From: an uncultured Pelagibacteraceae bacterium | Lineage (GTDB): Bacteria; Pseudomonadota; Alphaproteobacteria; Pelagibacterales; AG-422-B15 | DNA: 64,000 nucleotides | Direction of reading: 5' to 3' | NCBI GenBank assembly: GCA_902524285.1 | Contig: CABZCR010000004.1 | Span: 11,428-75,427, forward strand | In this document: piece by piece, positions 1 to 10,117 of the stretch | Position numbering within the stretch: position 1 is the first letter of the stretch | Layout: each line of letters starts with the position of its first letter | Position numbers and translations under genes: made by a program | The notes under the pieces: generated by a model | Told to the model about the DNA's origin: nothing | Databases searched by the model: none | The model's input: the letters and a program-made list of their open reading frames with translations, nothing else

Positions 1-109
1 AGAAACTTAGTGCAAATGGGTAATTCATGCAATAGTTAGATAAAATAATAAATATAGATCTAATATTGCCACAATATATTTGTTGATATAGATTTTAGGT
101 TTACTTCAA

Positions 110-568
110 ATGAAAGAAAATATCACATCAGAATTATCTAACGCGCTTAAAAATGGCGATAAAGAGAGAATCCATACACTAAGACTAGTTTTGGCTGCAA
201 TAAAAGATAAAGAAATTGCAAGTCGATCGTCGGGTGAGGACTCAGCTATATCCGATGAAATGATTATTGGTCTTCTTAAAAAAATGGTGAAGCAAAGAAA
301 TGATTCGATTGATATGTTTAAGAAAGCTGGACGCGATGAACTTGTGCAAAAAGAAAATAGCGAAATTGAGATAATTAGTGAGTTTCTTCCAAAGCAACTT
401 GGAGAAAAAGAGACTATTGCCGCTTGCGAAGAGGCAATCAATTTGACAGAAGCAAAATCACTGAAGGAAATAGGTAAAGTAATAAAATATTTAAAGGAAA
501 ATAGCTCTCCTTCTCTTGATATTTCGTTAGCGAGTAAAATTATCAAGGAAAAACTTCAAAATATATAA
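110..568 (+). CDS. yqeY: GatB/YqeY-domain protein
   Basis: 152-aa ORF. The N-terminal pattern LSNALKNGDKERIHTLRLVLAAIKDKEI is typical of YqeY/GatB C-terminal-domain proteins. It lies directly upstream of dnaG-rpoD. Confidence 0.8.
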   Translation: MKENITSELSNALKNGDKERIHTLRLVLAAIKDKEIASRSSGEDSAISDEMIIGLLKKMVKQRNDSIDMFKKAGRDELVQKENSEIEIISEFLPKQLGEKETIAACEEAINLTEAKSLKEIGKVIKYLKENSSPSLDISLASKIIKEKLQNI

Positions 569-615
569 ATATTTGATAGCTATTCTAAATCGCTCTCAAG
601 TATTATACTTTATTT

Positions 616-2421
616 ATGCCTAGATATTCAAAAGACTTCATTGGGGAAATTAAATCAAGATTACGCGTTTCAGAGGTAGTGGGTAAGTTTGTAAAACTTT
701 CACAAAGAGGTAATGAGTTTGTTGGGTTGAGTCCTTTCAAAAATGAAAAAACCCCATCATTTACTGTTAATGATGAAAAGGAGTTCTATCACTGTTTCAG
801 CAGTGCGGAACATGGAGATATATTTTCTTTTTTGATGAAGCATAAAAATATGTCTTATCCCGAGTCAATTGAATATTTGGCTAAACAAGCAGGTATGGAC
901 CCAGAAAAAGGAATTATTCGTGATCCAAATTATGTTGAAAAAGATTTCTCAAGCTTAAGAAATATCCTTAAAGAAGCAAATAACTACTTTAAGAAACAAC
1001 TAAATTCTAACTCTGAAGCTCAAAGGTATATTGAGAAAAGATCAATAGATGAAAGTATAGTAAAAAAATTTGATTTAGGGTATTCGGGTTCTGGTAGTAA
1101 AGGTTTATATAATCACCTTAAGAACAAAGAGATGAGTATTCACGATGCTATATCAGTCGGTCTAATAAAAAAATCTAACAAGCAAGATAATGAATTTTAT
1201 GATTTCTTTCGTAATAGATTTATGTTTCCAATTAAAGACTATAAATCAAATATCATTGCTTTTGGAGGAAGAGCATTAGACAATTCAAATATAAAGTATA
1301 TAAATTCATCAGACAGTCCGATATTCAAAAAAAGTTTTCAACTATACAATTTAAATCTTGCACTCGAAGAAAATAGACGGCCAAAAGATTTAATCATTGT
1401 TGAAGGATATATGGATGTAATTACTTTATATCAGAATAATTTTAAATCATCTGTTGCACCATTGGGTACTGCGCTTACAACTTATCAGCTTGAGAGAGCA
1501 TGGAAGGTTTGCCAAAATCCAATTATCATGTTTGATGGTGATGAAGCTGGTCGAAAAGCAGCACAGAGAGTTTCAATATTGGCATTAAATATTTTATTAC
1601 CCGATCATTCTGTCCGTTTTTGTTTACTGCCAAAAGATTATGATCCAGACGATTACTTACAAAGAAATACTTCAGCTAATTTAAATGATATCATAAAAAA
1701 CTCAGTATCATTATCTGAATTTATTTGGATTTCAGAGCTTGACAAAGAAGACATATCAACGCCTGAAAAAAAAGCTGGATTTGAAAAAAGGATAAAATTG
1801 TTATCTGAAAAAATAAATAACAAAACAGTAAAAGAGTACTATACCAAATTTATTAATGACAAATTAATCGATCTTAAATTTGATAAAAAATATATAAGAA
1901 ATCAAAACTATAAATTTAAAAAAAATAGAGCGTCTTCAGAAATCCTTGCAAGTGATAGAGTTAAAAAACAAAATCATGACTCCGTAGTTAGAGAGAAAAT
2001 CATCTTAATATGCTTGATTGAAAATCCCTTCTTAATTGTGAAGTATATTGAGGAATTAGGGAAAATCCGCTTCAACGACCTAAATTTATCAACCTTAGTA
2101 TCTGAAATTCTTGAATTCTCAGCTTCTAATAGTGATAAAGAGCTTGAAAACTTTGATTTAAAGTCTTATTTAATCAAAAGAGGGTTAACTCAGGAGATCA
2201 AATATATTTTCCAACCTAAATTACTAAGTACTTATAGTTCTATCATAAAGAATAATAAGGAACAGGTAGATAAAAGCTTTAATGGATTATTAGATTTGCA
2301 GAAAAATCTCCTTGAAGAAAATGACCTTGATGCAGCATTAAATGACCTTGAAAAGAAAATGGATGAGAAAAGTTTTGAAAATTTCAAGAAAATAAAAAAA
2401 GAAAGTATGATAAACAACTAG
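616..2421 (+). CDS. dnaG: DNA primase
   Basis: 601-aa ORF with the primase N-terminal block [22 protein letters not shown] and the TOPRIM motifs IVEGYMDV and [11 protein letters not shown]. It is immediately followed by rpoD. The zinc ligands are largely substituted (see findings). Confidence 0.93.
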   Translation: MPRYSKDFIGEIKSRLRVSEVVGKFVKLSQRGNEFVGLSPFKNEKTPSFTVNDEKEFYHCFSSAEHGDIFSFLMKHKNMSYPESIEYLAKQAGMDPEKGIIRDPNYVEKDFSSLRNILKEANNYFKKQLNSNSEAQRYIEKRSIDESIVKKFDLGYSGSGSKGLYNHLKNKEMSIHDAISVGLIKKSNKQDNEFYDFFRNRFMFPIKDYKSNIIAFGGRALDNSNIKYINSSDSPIFKKSFQLYNLNLALEENRRPKDLIIVEGYMDVITLYQNNFKSSVAPLGTALTTYQLERAWKVCQNPIIMFDGDEAGRKAAQRVSILALNILLPDHSVRFCLLPKDYDPDDYLQRNTSANLNDIIKNSVSLSEFIWISELDKEDISTPEKKAGFEKRIKLLSEKINNKTVKEYYTKFINDKLIDLKFDKKYIRNQNYKFKKNRASSEILASDRVKKQNHDSVVREKIILICLIENPFLIVKYIEELGKIRFNDLNLSTLVSEILEFSASNSDKELENFDLKSYLIKRGLTQEIKYIFQPKLLSTYSSIIKNNKEQVDKSFNGLLDLQKNLLEENDLDAALNDLEKKMDEKSFENFKKIKKESMINN

Positions 2422-2422
2422 A

Positions 2423-4438
2423 ATGAAGAAAAGAGGTAGAAAAAAAAAGCAGGTTAAAATTGAAGTTGAAAACTTACAATCTCAAGCTAATGAACAAGAT
2501 GGACCAGTCTTAGACTTAGAGAAATCTATTATAAAAAAATTAATCAAGCAGGGTAAAAAAGACGGGTATCTTACAAATGAGTTAATCAAAAAGTCCTTTC
2601 CTGAAGATAAATTTAGCTCTGAACAAATTGAACAATATACTACAAAATTGTCACAAGTTGGTTTTGATATCATTGACTCTGATGACTCTGACAATGATGA
2701 TGATAAAGATGACGAAGTTATAGGCACAAAGTCAGGAGTAGAAAAAACTGATGACCCTGTAAAATTATATTTAAGAGAGATGGGAACAGTTGATTTACTG
2801 TCTCGTGAAGGGGAAATTGCAATAGCAAAAAGAATAGAAGCTGGCCAAGAAGCAATGATTTCAGGACTATGTGAAAGTCCTCTTACCTTACAAGCAATAC
2901 TTAATTGGAGAGATGACATAATTGCAGAAAAGATTACCTTGCGAGAGGTAATTGATCTAGAAACATTATTTGAAGAGTCACCAAATAAGAAAGAATTAAG
3001 TAAAAAAATTAAGGAAGCAAAAAAAAGAAAAGAACAAGAGGAAAAAGAAGAAATTAGAAAAAGAAAAGAGGCCGAAAAAAAATCCTCAACTTATGGTGAT
3101 GACACAGAGCCTATGATTGAAAGTTCAACTGAACAGATCATAGAAGAGTATGAAGATGCTGATGACGAATTAAATGTTTCAATTGCAATAATGGAGGAAG
3201 AACTAAAACCTCAAATTTTAGAAATATTTAAAAAATTAAATAAAAGCTTCAAGAAGCTGCAAAAGCTTCAAAAAGATAAGATCGCCTTTCAAGAAAAAGG
3301 TAAAGAGTTCCCATCAAGATCAGAAAAAAGTTATCAAGCATCTAAAGCTTTAGTCGTCGATTTAATAAAAGGACTACAAATAAACACAAATAAAATTGAG
3401 GAATTAATAAATAAGTTGTACGTGATTAATAAGGGAATTGTCTCATTGGAAGGAAAATTGCTCAGACTTGCAATACAATACAAAATATCAAGAGATGAAT
3501 TTTTGGATAAATATATAGGTAATGAAAATAACCCATATTGGTTAAGAAAAATTACCAGACTTTCTGGTTGGGAAAAGTTTGTTAAGCAAGAAAAAAATAA
3601 TATTAAAAATATAATGAATGAAGTAAGAGCAGCAGCAAGTAACATAGGCTTAACATTAAATGAATTTAAAAGAATAGTTAGTAACGTTCAAAAAGGTGAA
3701 AGGGAATCAAGTATTGCAAAAAAAGAAATGATTGAAGCAAATCTTCGACTTGTAATATCTATTGCTAAAAAATATACAAATAGAGGATTACAATTTTTAG
3801 ATTTAATACAAGAGGGTAATATAGGACTAATGAAAGCAGTTGATAAATTTGAGTATAGAAGAGGATATAAATTTTCTACATACGCTACTTGGTGGATTAG
3901 ACAGGCAATCACTCGATCGATAGCTGATCAGGCTAGAACAATTAGAATTCCAGTTCATATGATAGAAACCATCAATAAGATTGTAAGGACACAAAGACTG
4001 TTATTAAATGAGATTGGAAGAGAACCTACTCCTGAGGAGATATCAAAAAAATTAAATATGCCACTTGAAAAAGTTAGGAAAGTTCTAAAAATTGCTAAAG
4101 AGCCTGTGAGCCTTGAAACTCCCGTTGGCGATGAAGAAGATAGCCATTTAGGAGACTTTATACAAGATGAGAATGCTGTTATTCCAATTGACGCTGCCAT
4201 TCATTCAAATTTACGACAGACTACAACAAAAATTCTTTCATCACTAACGCCGAGAGAAGAAAGGGTTTTGAGAATGAGATTTGGCATTGGTATGAATTCA
4301 GATCATACACTTGAGGAGGTCGGCCAGCAATTTTCAGTAACAAGAGAGAGAATAAGGCAGATAGAGGCAAAAGCTTTAAGAAAGCTAAAGCATCCTACTA
4401 GGGCTAAACAGCTTAAAAGTTTTTTAGATAAAAACTAG
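2423..4438 (+). CDS. rpoD: RNA polymerase primary sigma factor (sigma-70)
   Basis: 671 aa. Region 2 reads [56 protein letters not shown] and region 4.2 reads [30 protein letters not shown]. It has an acidic N-terminus and a long charged non-conserved insert. The start is 2 nt after the dnaG stop. Confidence 0.97.
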   Translation: MKKRGRKKKQVKIEVENLQSQANEQDGPVLDLEKSIIKKLIKQGKKDGYLTNELIKKSFPEDKFSSEQIEQYTTKLSQVGFDIIDSDDSDNDDDKDDEVIGTKSGVEKTDDPVKLYLREMGTVDLLSREGEIAIAKRIEAGQEAMISGLCESPLTLQAILNWRDDIIAEKITLREVIDLETLFEESPNKKELSKKIKEAKKRKEQEEKEEIRKRKEAEKKSSTYGDDTEPMIESSTEQIIEEYEDADDELNVSIAIMEEELKPQILEIFKKLNKSFKKLQKLQKDKIAFQEKGKEFPSRSEKSYQASKALVVDLIKGLQINTNKIEELINKLYVINKGIVSLEGKLLRLAIQYKISRDEFLDKYIGNENNPYWLRKITRLSGWEKFVKQEKNNIKNIMNEVRAAASNIGLTLNEFKRIVSNVQKGERESSIAKKEMIEANLRLVISIAKKYTNRGLQFLDLIQEGNIGLMKAVDKFEYRRGYKFSTYATWWIRQAITRSIADQARTIRIPVHMIETINKIVRTQRLLLNEIGREPTPEEISKKLNMPLEKVRKVLKIAKEPVSLETPVGDEEDSHLGDFIQDENAVIPIDAAIHSNLRQTTTKILSSLTPREERVLRMRFGIGMNSDHTLEEVGQQFSVTRERIRQIEAKALRKLKHPTRAKQLKSFLDKN

Positions 4439-4474
4439 TATTAAAAAAATGATTGCATGTGTATAAGAGTGCAA

Positions 4475-4551
4475 GGGCCCATAGCTCAGTTGGTTAGAGC
4501 CCTCCGCTCATAACGGAGTTGTCCTAGGTTCGAGTCCTAGTGGGCCCACCA
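4475..4551 (+). tRNA. tRNA with anticodon CAU; elongator Met or lysidine-modified Ile2, not initiator
   Basis: Hand-folded cloverleaf: acceptor GGGCCCA/TGGGCCC, D arm GCTC-AGTTGGTTA-GAGC, anticodon arm CTCCG-CTCATAA-CGGAG, T arm CTAGG-TTCGAGT-CCTAG, with an encoded CCA. C4-G69 and C5-G68 resemble tRNA-Ile2, but I cannot discriminate the two identities by eye. The paired 1:72 position excludes initiator tRNA. Confidence 0.9.
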
Positions 4552-4620
4552 AATGCCATATAAAATACCGTTTCAAGATTACAAATTTGATTTAAATAGA
4601 TACAGCTATATCTATATAAA

Positions 4621-6063
4621 ATGGCTTCGAATAAAACAGATTTAATAATTTTTCACAGAAATTTAAGAATAAGAGACAATGAAGCTTTATACCATGGATC
4701 TATTAGACAAAAATATAGGTGTATTTATATTTTTGATCCTAAATATTGGCAGGGGAATGGAAAATCGGTTCGTCAGTTGTATTTTTTGAAAGATAGTCTC
4801 ATTGAGTTGGATCAAAATTTAAAAAACCTAAATTCAAAACTTGAGGTATTTTTTGGAGATTATAGAGAATTCTATAAATCTTTGGTGAAAAGTAACGGTC
4901 AATATAATTTATACTTTAATCATTCTACTGATATCAATTACTATAATTCCCAATTCAGTAATCTCATTAAAAATTCAATTAAAAAATATGACGTCAATGT
5001 TTTAAGAGATTTTGGAGTTCAAAGAACTAATATTAATCGAGATCTATGGTCAAAGTTATGGAATGCTCAAATGAATGAAAATATGAGTGATGTCCCAATG
5101 CCTAATAAAGATACTGGAATTGAAGAAAAATTGCCCACAATCTCTCTTGATAAGTTTATTAAAATGAAGATTGATTCGCATCAAAAAGATTTTATTAAAA
5201 TTCAACCCGGTGGATCTGACGCCGCTGAAAAATTACTCAATACCTTTTTTGATGAAAGGTGTCATGATTACAGAACAAAAATGTCAAATCCTATAGATGC
5301 TGTTGACTACTGCTCAAGGCTGTCACCACACTTTGCTTTTGGAACAATTTCTATAAGATATGTTTATAAAAAATTAAAAAGAGAATTATTGTCTTCTAAA
5401 TACAAATCAGATTTGTATTCATTTAAAAAAAGACTTCATTGGCACTGCCATTTTATTCAGAAACTGGAAACTGAGCCTAATATAGAATTCAATAGTATGC
5501 ATGGAATGTGTGATACACTCCGGTCAACTGAAAGCAATGAATTAATTGAAAAGTGGATCATGGGAGAGACTGGTTTCCCTTTTCTTGATGCATGTATAAA
5601 ATATCTAAGAAAATATGGATGGATTAATTTTAGAATGAGAGCGATGATAATGTCTTTTGCCTCATATAATCTTTGGCAGCCCTGGCAAAAAACCTCTCCA
5701 CTCTTAGCACAACTGTTTGTTGATTATGAGCCTGGAATACATATAAGCCAGGTACAAATGCAAAGTGGTGTGACTGGAATTAATCTTCCAAGAATTTATT
5801 CAGTTTTAAAGCAAAGTATCGACCAGGATCCTGAAGCTAAGTTTATTTTAGAGGAATTTCCTCAACTCAAATTTGAGAATATTGATAATATTCATAGCGC
5901 TAACATAAAATCAAAATATCCTGAAAAAATTGTCGACCCCAAATTATCTGCTGCCTTTGCTCGAAATGAAATCTGGAATATTAGAAAAAGTGATCAATTT
6001 AAGAGTATAGCCAAACAAGTCTATCTTAAACATGGAAGCCGACTTGGAAGAAGAAGTAAATGA
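4621..6063 (+). CDS. Cryptochrome/photolyase-family flavoprotein (photolyase-related)
   Basis: 480 aa. The N-terminal alpha/beta photolyase pattern is LIIFHRNLRIRDNEAL. The FAD-domain pattern is SRLSPHFAFGTISIRYVY followed by RLHWHCHFIQKLE, and later GFPFLDACIKYLRKYGWINFRMRAMIMSF. The subclass was not determined. Confidence 0.8.
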   Translation: MASNKTDLIIFHRNLRIRDNEALYHGSIRQKYRCIYIFDPKYWQGNGKSVRQLYFLKDSLIELDQNLKNLNSKLEVFFGDYREFYKSLVKSNGQYNLYFNHSTDINYYNSQFSNLIKNSIKKYDVNVLRDFGVQRTNINRDLWSKLWNAQMNENMSDVPMPNKDTGIEEKLPTISLDKFIKMKIDSHQKDFIKIQPGGSDAAEKLLNTFFDERCHDYRTKMSNPIDAVDYCSRLSPHFAFGTISIRYVYKKLKRELLSSKYKSDLYSFKKRLHWHCHFIQKLETEPNIEFNSMHGMCDTLRSTESNELIEKWIMGETGFPFLDACIKYLRKYGWINFRMRAMIMSFASYNLWQPWQKTSPLLAQLFVDYEPGIHISQVQMQSGVTGINLPRIYSVLKQSIDQDPEAKFILEEFPQLKFENIDNIHSANIKSKYPEKIVDPKLSAAFARNEIWNIRKSDQFKSIAKQVYLKHGSRLGRRSK

Positions 6064-6773
6064 GAAATAATATTATCAATATTTTGATAATTATCTTTAT
6101 GATGCTTACAATGAATGTAAAAGCTGATGATAATTTAGAGACTGTTGAAATAGGTCAAAAATATTATGAAAGACTTCTTGAGTCATGGATTAGTATATTT
6201 CCTGACAGGAATCGAAACGCCGCTGGTCCAAAATTTTTTAATTTTGCATTAAAACAGAGTTTAGTGATCGATGATTTCATAGAGTACAATAAACTTTACT
6301 GCGCAGTATCTGGTTCATTAATTGATCCAGGTGAAATTCCTGATTTAGTAAAAATTTATGAGGAGGAGAGTAACAAATTAATGTGTGGAGAATATTATAG
6401 ATGTTGTTTACCTTGTTCATGTGATCTTATGAAATACGCAAAGACCAGAAAAGTAAAATTCACTTTCGACAAAACAGATTTTGAATTAAATGTTTTAACA
6501 ATTAAAGATCCGTGTCAAAAGGATAACTTTCCAATTGAAGTAAATAGAAACTACTTCTGCAAGGAAAACAAACTTGATAAAAACCAAGTATTTACAGTCG
6601 ATGACGATCTTGTAATCGGACTATTACACAATGCAGCAGAATGTACCGAGAGCCAACTTATTTCTATTGCTTCAAATGAAACGACAGGACAATTTTGTGA
6701 ATTTAGAAACAATCAACCAATTGAGGAAGTAAAAGGTGGTATGGGAGATATTTTTATCCAGATGGCAAACTAA
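6060..6773 (+). CDS. Secreted Cys-rich hypothetical protein (possible YHS-like metal motif)
   Basis: 237-aa ORF whose ATG overlaps the photolyase-like stop (ATGA at 6060-6063). The N-terminal signal-like segment is ILIIIFMMLTMNVKA. The cysteine cluster CGEYYRCCLPCSCD has a YYxC[CS]xxC arrangement loosely reminiscent of YHS domains. No confident family assignment. Confidence 0.6.
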   Translation: MRNNIINILIIIFMMLTMNVKADDNLETVEIGQKYYERLLESWISIFPDRNRNAAGPKFFNFALKQSLVIDDFIEYNKLYCAVSGSLIDPGEIPDLVKIYEEESNKLMCGEYYRCCLPCSCDLMKYAKTRKVKFTFDKTDFELNVLTIKDPCQKDNFPIEVNRNYFCKENKLDKNQVFTVDDDLVIGLLHNAAECTESQLISIASNETTGQFCEFRNNQPIEEVKGGMGDIFIQMAN

Positions 6774-8227
6774 GGAGCCATGTCTTGCCTGATTTCTATA
6801 GTTTGATTTAAATCAAATTCACCAATCTCTGAAGAAGTGCCATCCGTCCAAGTAACAACTATCTTTTCTATAATCTCTCCATTTCTAATACCATAATGAG
6901 CTATTGGCTCCATCTGACAAAGATAACCTGAGCCTGCATCTATAGTTTTTGCGTGAGTTCGTTGATTTGTATATAGAGTTACAGTTCCACCTCTTGCAGG
7001 GGCACCAAAAATATTTTTTGGTAAAATCCTGATCCATTTATGGTTTTTTTGCACATTAGCCCTAAACAATGAGAGTGGCTGTTCAGCTGTTTCACCATGA
7101 GAAATTAATAGTTCTAATACACCATCATTATTAATATCAGCTACTGCGGCACCTGTACCTAACCCATTGGGCTCTAACGCTTCATTGAGTTGCAACTCTA
7201 AAAATTCACCATTGTCGTTAATTCTAAAAAGCTTATTCGGCTCTCCAATGTTGTTAAAAAATATTTCGTCATATCCATCATTATCAAAGTCAGCAGATAT
7301 TACTGTCCTCACTTTTGTTGGAGCTCTAAAATCTTTATTAGCTATATCTATGAATTTATCATTATTTTTGACATAAGCGCGGTGATATCCTCTCCAATTT
7401 CCATTAATAATATCCAACTCTCCATCATAAAAAATATCTGATAGTGTGGTACCACGTCCATTTTGCAATTCATCATCAATTCCATACTTTTTTGCAACTT
7501 CGATAAATTTTCCATTATTATTTACATAAAGAAAATTTGATCCACGTTCATTAGCTGCAAAAATATCACTCTTTTCAGATATAATATTTCCAACAATAAC
7601 TGCTCTACCACCTGTAACCCTATTTATTTGTAAATTTGGTGCTTGATCAACTATTGTATTGTTTTCAAGTTCGTAAAAACGTGCAGGCCCACCATAGTTT
7701 GAAACGTATATTCCGTATTTACCATTTCCTTGACGATCTACGCATGCAACTGATCTGCCAGCGGTATAATTTAGGTCTTTCTTATTCTTTTCTAATGAAA
7801 ATAAGTCATTTAATTCACTATTTTCGAAATCTAGAAGTCGATCTGAATACAATTTATTTCCACTGTATGTATCTGTATTAAGAAAATAAATCTCTTCATA
7901 ACCATCTTGATCAATATCGCAAGCTGCTACTCCAATAGTTCTGCGATTAGAGTCAGAAAAGCTCTCGTCTTTTAAAATATTTTTCAGTACCCCATCTCGA
8001 TAACTCAGAGCAAGATTATCTGTACCAAATCCAGTAACGACTAGTTCATAGTTGCCGTCGTTTGTGATATCAGTCACTGAAATACCGTAGCTTAGACGTT
8101 CATCATTATCTTCTATAATACCTGTTATATTTTCAAAAAAATTGGCTTTAGCAATGTTACTAATAATTATTAGAACAAGAATATAAATAAAAATTTTACT
8201 AATATTTTTTATATTACTGTACAACAT
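6770..8227 (-). CDS. FG-GAP repeat / ASPIC-UnbV (CRTAC1-like) secreted protein
   Basis: Repeated DxDxDGxxE calcium-type FG-GAP motifs (DITNDGNYELVV, DIDQDGYEEIYF, DFDNDGYDEIFF, DINNDGVLELLI) and the C-terminal UnbV/ASPIC-like GSGYLCQMEPIAHYGI. The start is placed at the internal Met (MLYSNIKNISKIFIYILVLIIISNIAKA) that yields a signal peptide. The longer track ORF would run into the upstream gene. Confidence 0.75.
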   Translation of the reverse strand: MLYSNIKNISKIFIYILVLIIISNIAKANFFENITGIIEDNDERLSYGISVTDITNDGNYELVVTGFGTDNLALSYRDGVLKNILKDESFSDSNRRTIGVAACDIDQDGYEEIYFLNTDTYSGNKLYSDRLLDFENSELNDLFSLEKNKKDLNYTAGRSVACVDRQGNGKYGIYVSNYGGPARFYELENNTIVDQAPNLQINRVTGGRAVIVGNIISEKSDIFAANERGSNFLYVNNNGKFIEVAKKYGIDDELQNGRGTTLSDIFYDGELDIINGNWRGYHRAYVKNNDKFIDIANKDFRAPTKVRTVISADFDNDGYDEIFFNNIGEPNKLFRINDNGEFLELQLNEALEPNGLGTGAAVADINNDGVLELLISHGETAEQPLSLFRANVQKNHKWIRILPKNIFGAPARGGTVTLYTNQRTHAKTIDAGSGYLCQMEPIAHYGIRNGEIIEKIVVTWTDGTSSEIGEFDLNQTIEIRQDMAP

Positions 8228-8504
8228 TAAAACCCTCAAATTGAGGATTGCCAAGATAGAAATCTTTATTAGTTCCTGCACCTTTGTGAGCTTTTCTGAA
8301 TGACTCAGATTTTGTCCAAGATATAAAATCTTCTTCACTTCTCCAAGTACTGTGAGATGCATAAAGAGTATGATCGCTGAGAGATTTACCTCTTATAAGA
8401 TTAAAACTAAGAAATCCTTCTACTTCATCAAGATAGGACTCCCTATTTTTCCAGAGGTTCTCAAAGGTATCTTCATTCCCTTTAATAATTTTAAATCTAT
8501 TCAT
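8214..8504 (-). CDS. Antibiotic-biosynthesis-monooxygenase (ABM) fold protein
   Basis: About 96 aa from MNRFKIIKG. The pattern FLSFNLIRG...YASHSTWRSEEDFISWTKSESFRKAH matches ABM/ferredoxin-like dimeric alpha-beta barrel proteins. It overlaps the downstream FG-GAP gene by 14 nt. Confidence 0.75.
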   Translation of the reverse strand: MNRFKIIKGNEDTFENLWKNRESYLDEVEGFLSFNLIRGKSLSDHTLYASHSTWRSEEDFISWTKSESFRKAHKGAGTNKDFYLGNPQFEGFNVVQ

Positions 8505-8584
8505 TACGATATACATAATAAAATAACTATGCTCACACATGTCTATTTCAATAGCTATTTCATATTGACAAAGTATACTTAGTT

Positions 8585-9433
8585 ATGAGTTTAAAAGTGG
8601 AAAAATTAGGCCAACATTGTGGCGCTCAGATCTCAGGAATTGATTTAAAAAAAGACCTATCAGAAAGTCAAATTAAAGAAATAAGAGAGCACTGGCTGAA
8701 ACATCATGTGCTGAGTTTTCCAGACCAAGCGTTATCTGATGATGACTTAGAGCGTTTCACCCTATGTTTTGGATCTTTTGGAGATGATCCATTTATTGCT
8801 TCAATTCCTGGAAGAGAAAATATAATTGCTGTAAAAAGAACAGCAGATGAAAAAGTTCCAATTTTTGCAGACAATTGGCACACTGATTGGAGTTTTCAAA
8901 AAAATCCACCAGCAGGAACGTGTTTATTTGGAAAAATAATCCCATCAGAAGGCGGTGATACGTTGTTTGCGAACCAACATTTAGCATTAGAACGCATGCC
9001 CTTAGAATTAAGAAAAAAGTTAGAGGGAAAAAAAGCAATTCACTCAGCGCTTGTACCTTATTCACCGGGGGGTGGTTACGGTGATAAGGATAGAGAAATG
9101 GGAAGAAGTATGGATATAAGAGCGTCAGATGAAGCTTTTGCTCAACAAATACATCCTATTATTAAGAATCATCCTGAAACACATAAAGAGGGTATTTATG
9201 GTACAGTTGGTTATATCATTGGTATTGATGGTATGGATAATCAGGAAGCGATGAAATTACTCATGGAACTGAGTGCTTGGCAGTGTAAAGATGAATTTGT
9301 TTATAGGCATAAATGGAAAAAAGACATGTTAATTATGTGGGATAATAGAAGTGTTCTACACCGAGCAACTGGGGGTTATGAAGGGCAAGAACGTCTTTTA
9401 CACCGTACAACTATTGCAGCATACGGATTATAA
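8585..9433 (+). CDS. TauD/TfdA-family Fe(II)/2-oxoglutarate dioxygenase
   Basis: 282 aa. It has the HxD iron motif in NWHTDWSF, a distal His in VLHRATG and a terminal LHRTTI, and the size is typical of the TauD family. The substrate is unknown. Confidence 0.85.
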   Translation: MSLKVEKLGQHCGAQISGIDLKKDLSESQIKEIREHWLKHHVLSFPDQALSDDDLERFTLCFGSFGDDPFIASIPGRENIIAVKRTADEKVPIFADNWHTDWSFQKNPPAGTCLFGKIIPSEGGDTLFANQHLALERMPLELRKKLEGKKAIHSALVPYSPGGGYGDKDREMGRSMDIRASDEAFAQQIHPIIKNHPETHKEGIYGTVGYIIGIDGMDNQEAMKLLMELSAWQCKDEFVYRHKWKKDMLIMWDNRSVLHRATGGYEGQERLLHRTTIAAYGL

Positions 9434-10114
9434 ATGAAAATTGATCTAATATATTTCAAAATGAGAGCTCTAGCTGAAGCACCACAATTGCTAATGCATT
9501 ATGCTGATATAGAATACAATTATATCATGTCATGGGATTACTATGATAAAGAATGGCAGGAAGTAAAACCTCAGATACCTTTCAAACAACTTCCAATGAT
9601 AGTAGTTGATGATGAACATGAGATTTGTCAAAGTATAGCTATACTCAATTTTATACAGAATATAGCCGGCCTAAAACTAGAAGATCCTGTTCAGGAAGCT
9701 AAAGCAAATGCTATTTTACAAAGTGCACAGGAATTATTTTTACCCCTTAATCCTGCAGTTAATTTTGCAGTGGGAGATGATTTTATAAAAAGAAGAGATG
9801 ATATGTTGCCATTTCTTCAAACAAGATTTGAAGAATTAGAAAAAATTATAAATTTAAATGGAGGTAGGTTTTTTATTGATGATACTCCAAGAGCATGTGA
9901 TTTTGCAGCTTTTCACCATCTTGATTTATCAAGAAAACTTGATGCAAAGATAATAAAAAAATTTCCAAGATTAGAAAAATTTTTAGATGATATTGCCTCA
10001 ATTTCATCTATTGAAAGCTATTTGTCTAAAAGACCTGAACTCATTGATGTAAGTGTTGAGCCAAAACTTGTCATTAACGGAAAAGTCCATCCCACTGGAA
10101 CAGTAAAAACATAG
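9434..10114 (+). CDS. Glutathione S-transferase (sigma/alpha-like)
   Basis: 226 aa. Its ATG directly abuts the TauD stop (TAA ATG). The N-terminal LIYFKMRALAEAPQLLMHYADIEYNY and FKQLPMIVVDDEHEICQSIAILNFI follow the GST N-domain pattern. Confidence 0.8.
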   Translation: MKIDLIYFKMRALAEAPQLLMHYADIEYNYIMSWDYYDKEWQEVKPQIPFKQLPMIVVDDEHEICQSIAILNFIQNIAGLKLEDPVQEAKANAILQSAQELFLPLNPAVNFAVGDDFIKRRDDMLPFLQTRFEELEKIINLNGGRFFIDDTPRACDFAAFHHLDLSRKLDAKIIKKFPRLEKFLDDIASISSIESYLSKRPELIDVSVEPKLVINGKVHPTGTVKT

Positions 10115-10117
10115 TTT

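Noticed and set aside
1-28. Minus-strand ATG at 28-26 opening a frame (MNYPFALSF...) that runs off the left edge; a possible divergent gene start.
   Set aside because: Only 9 codons are visible, which is insufficient to call a gene or a product.
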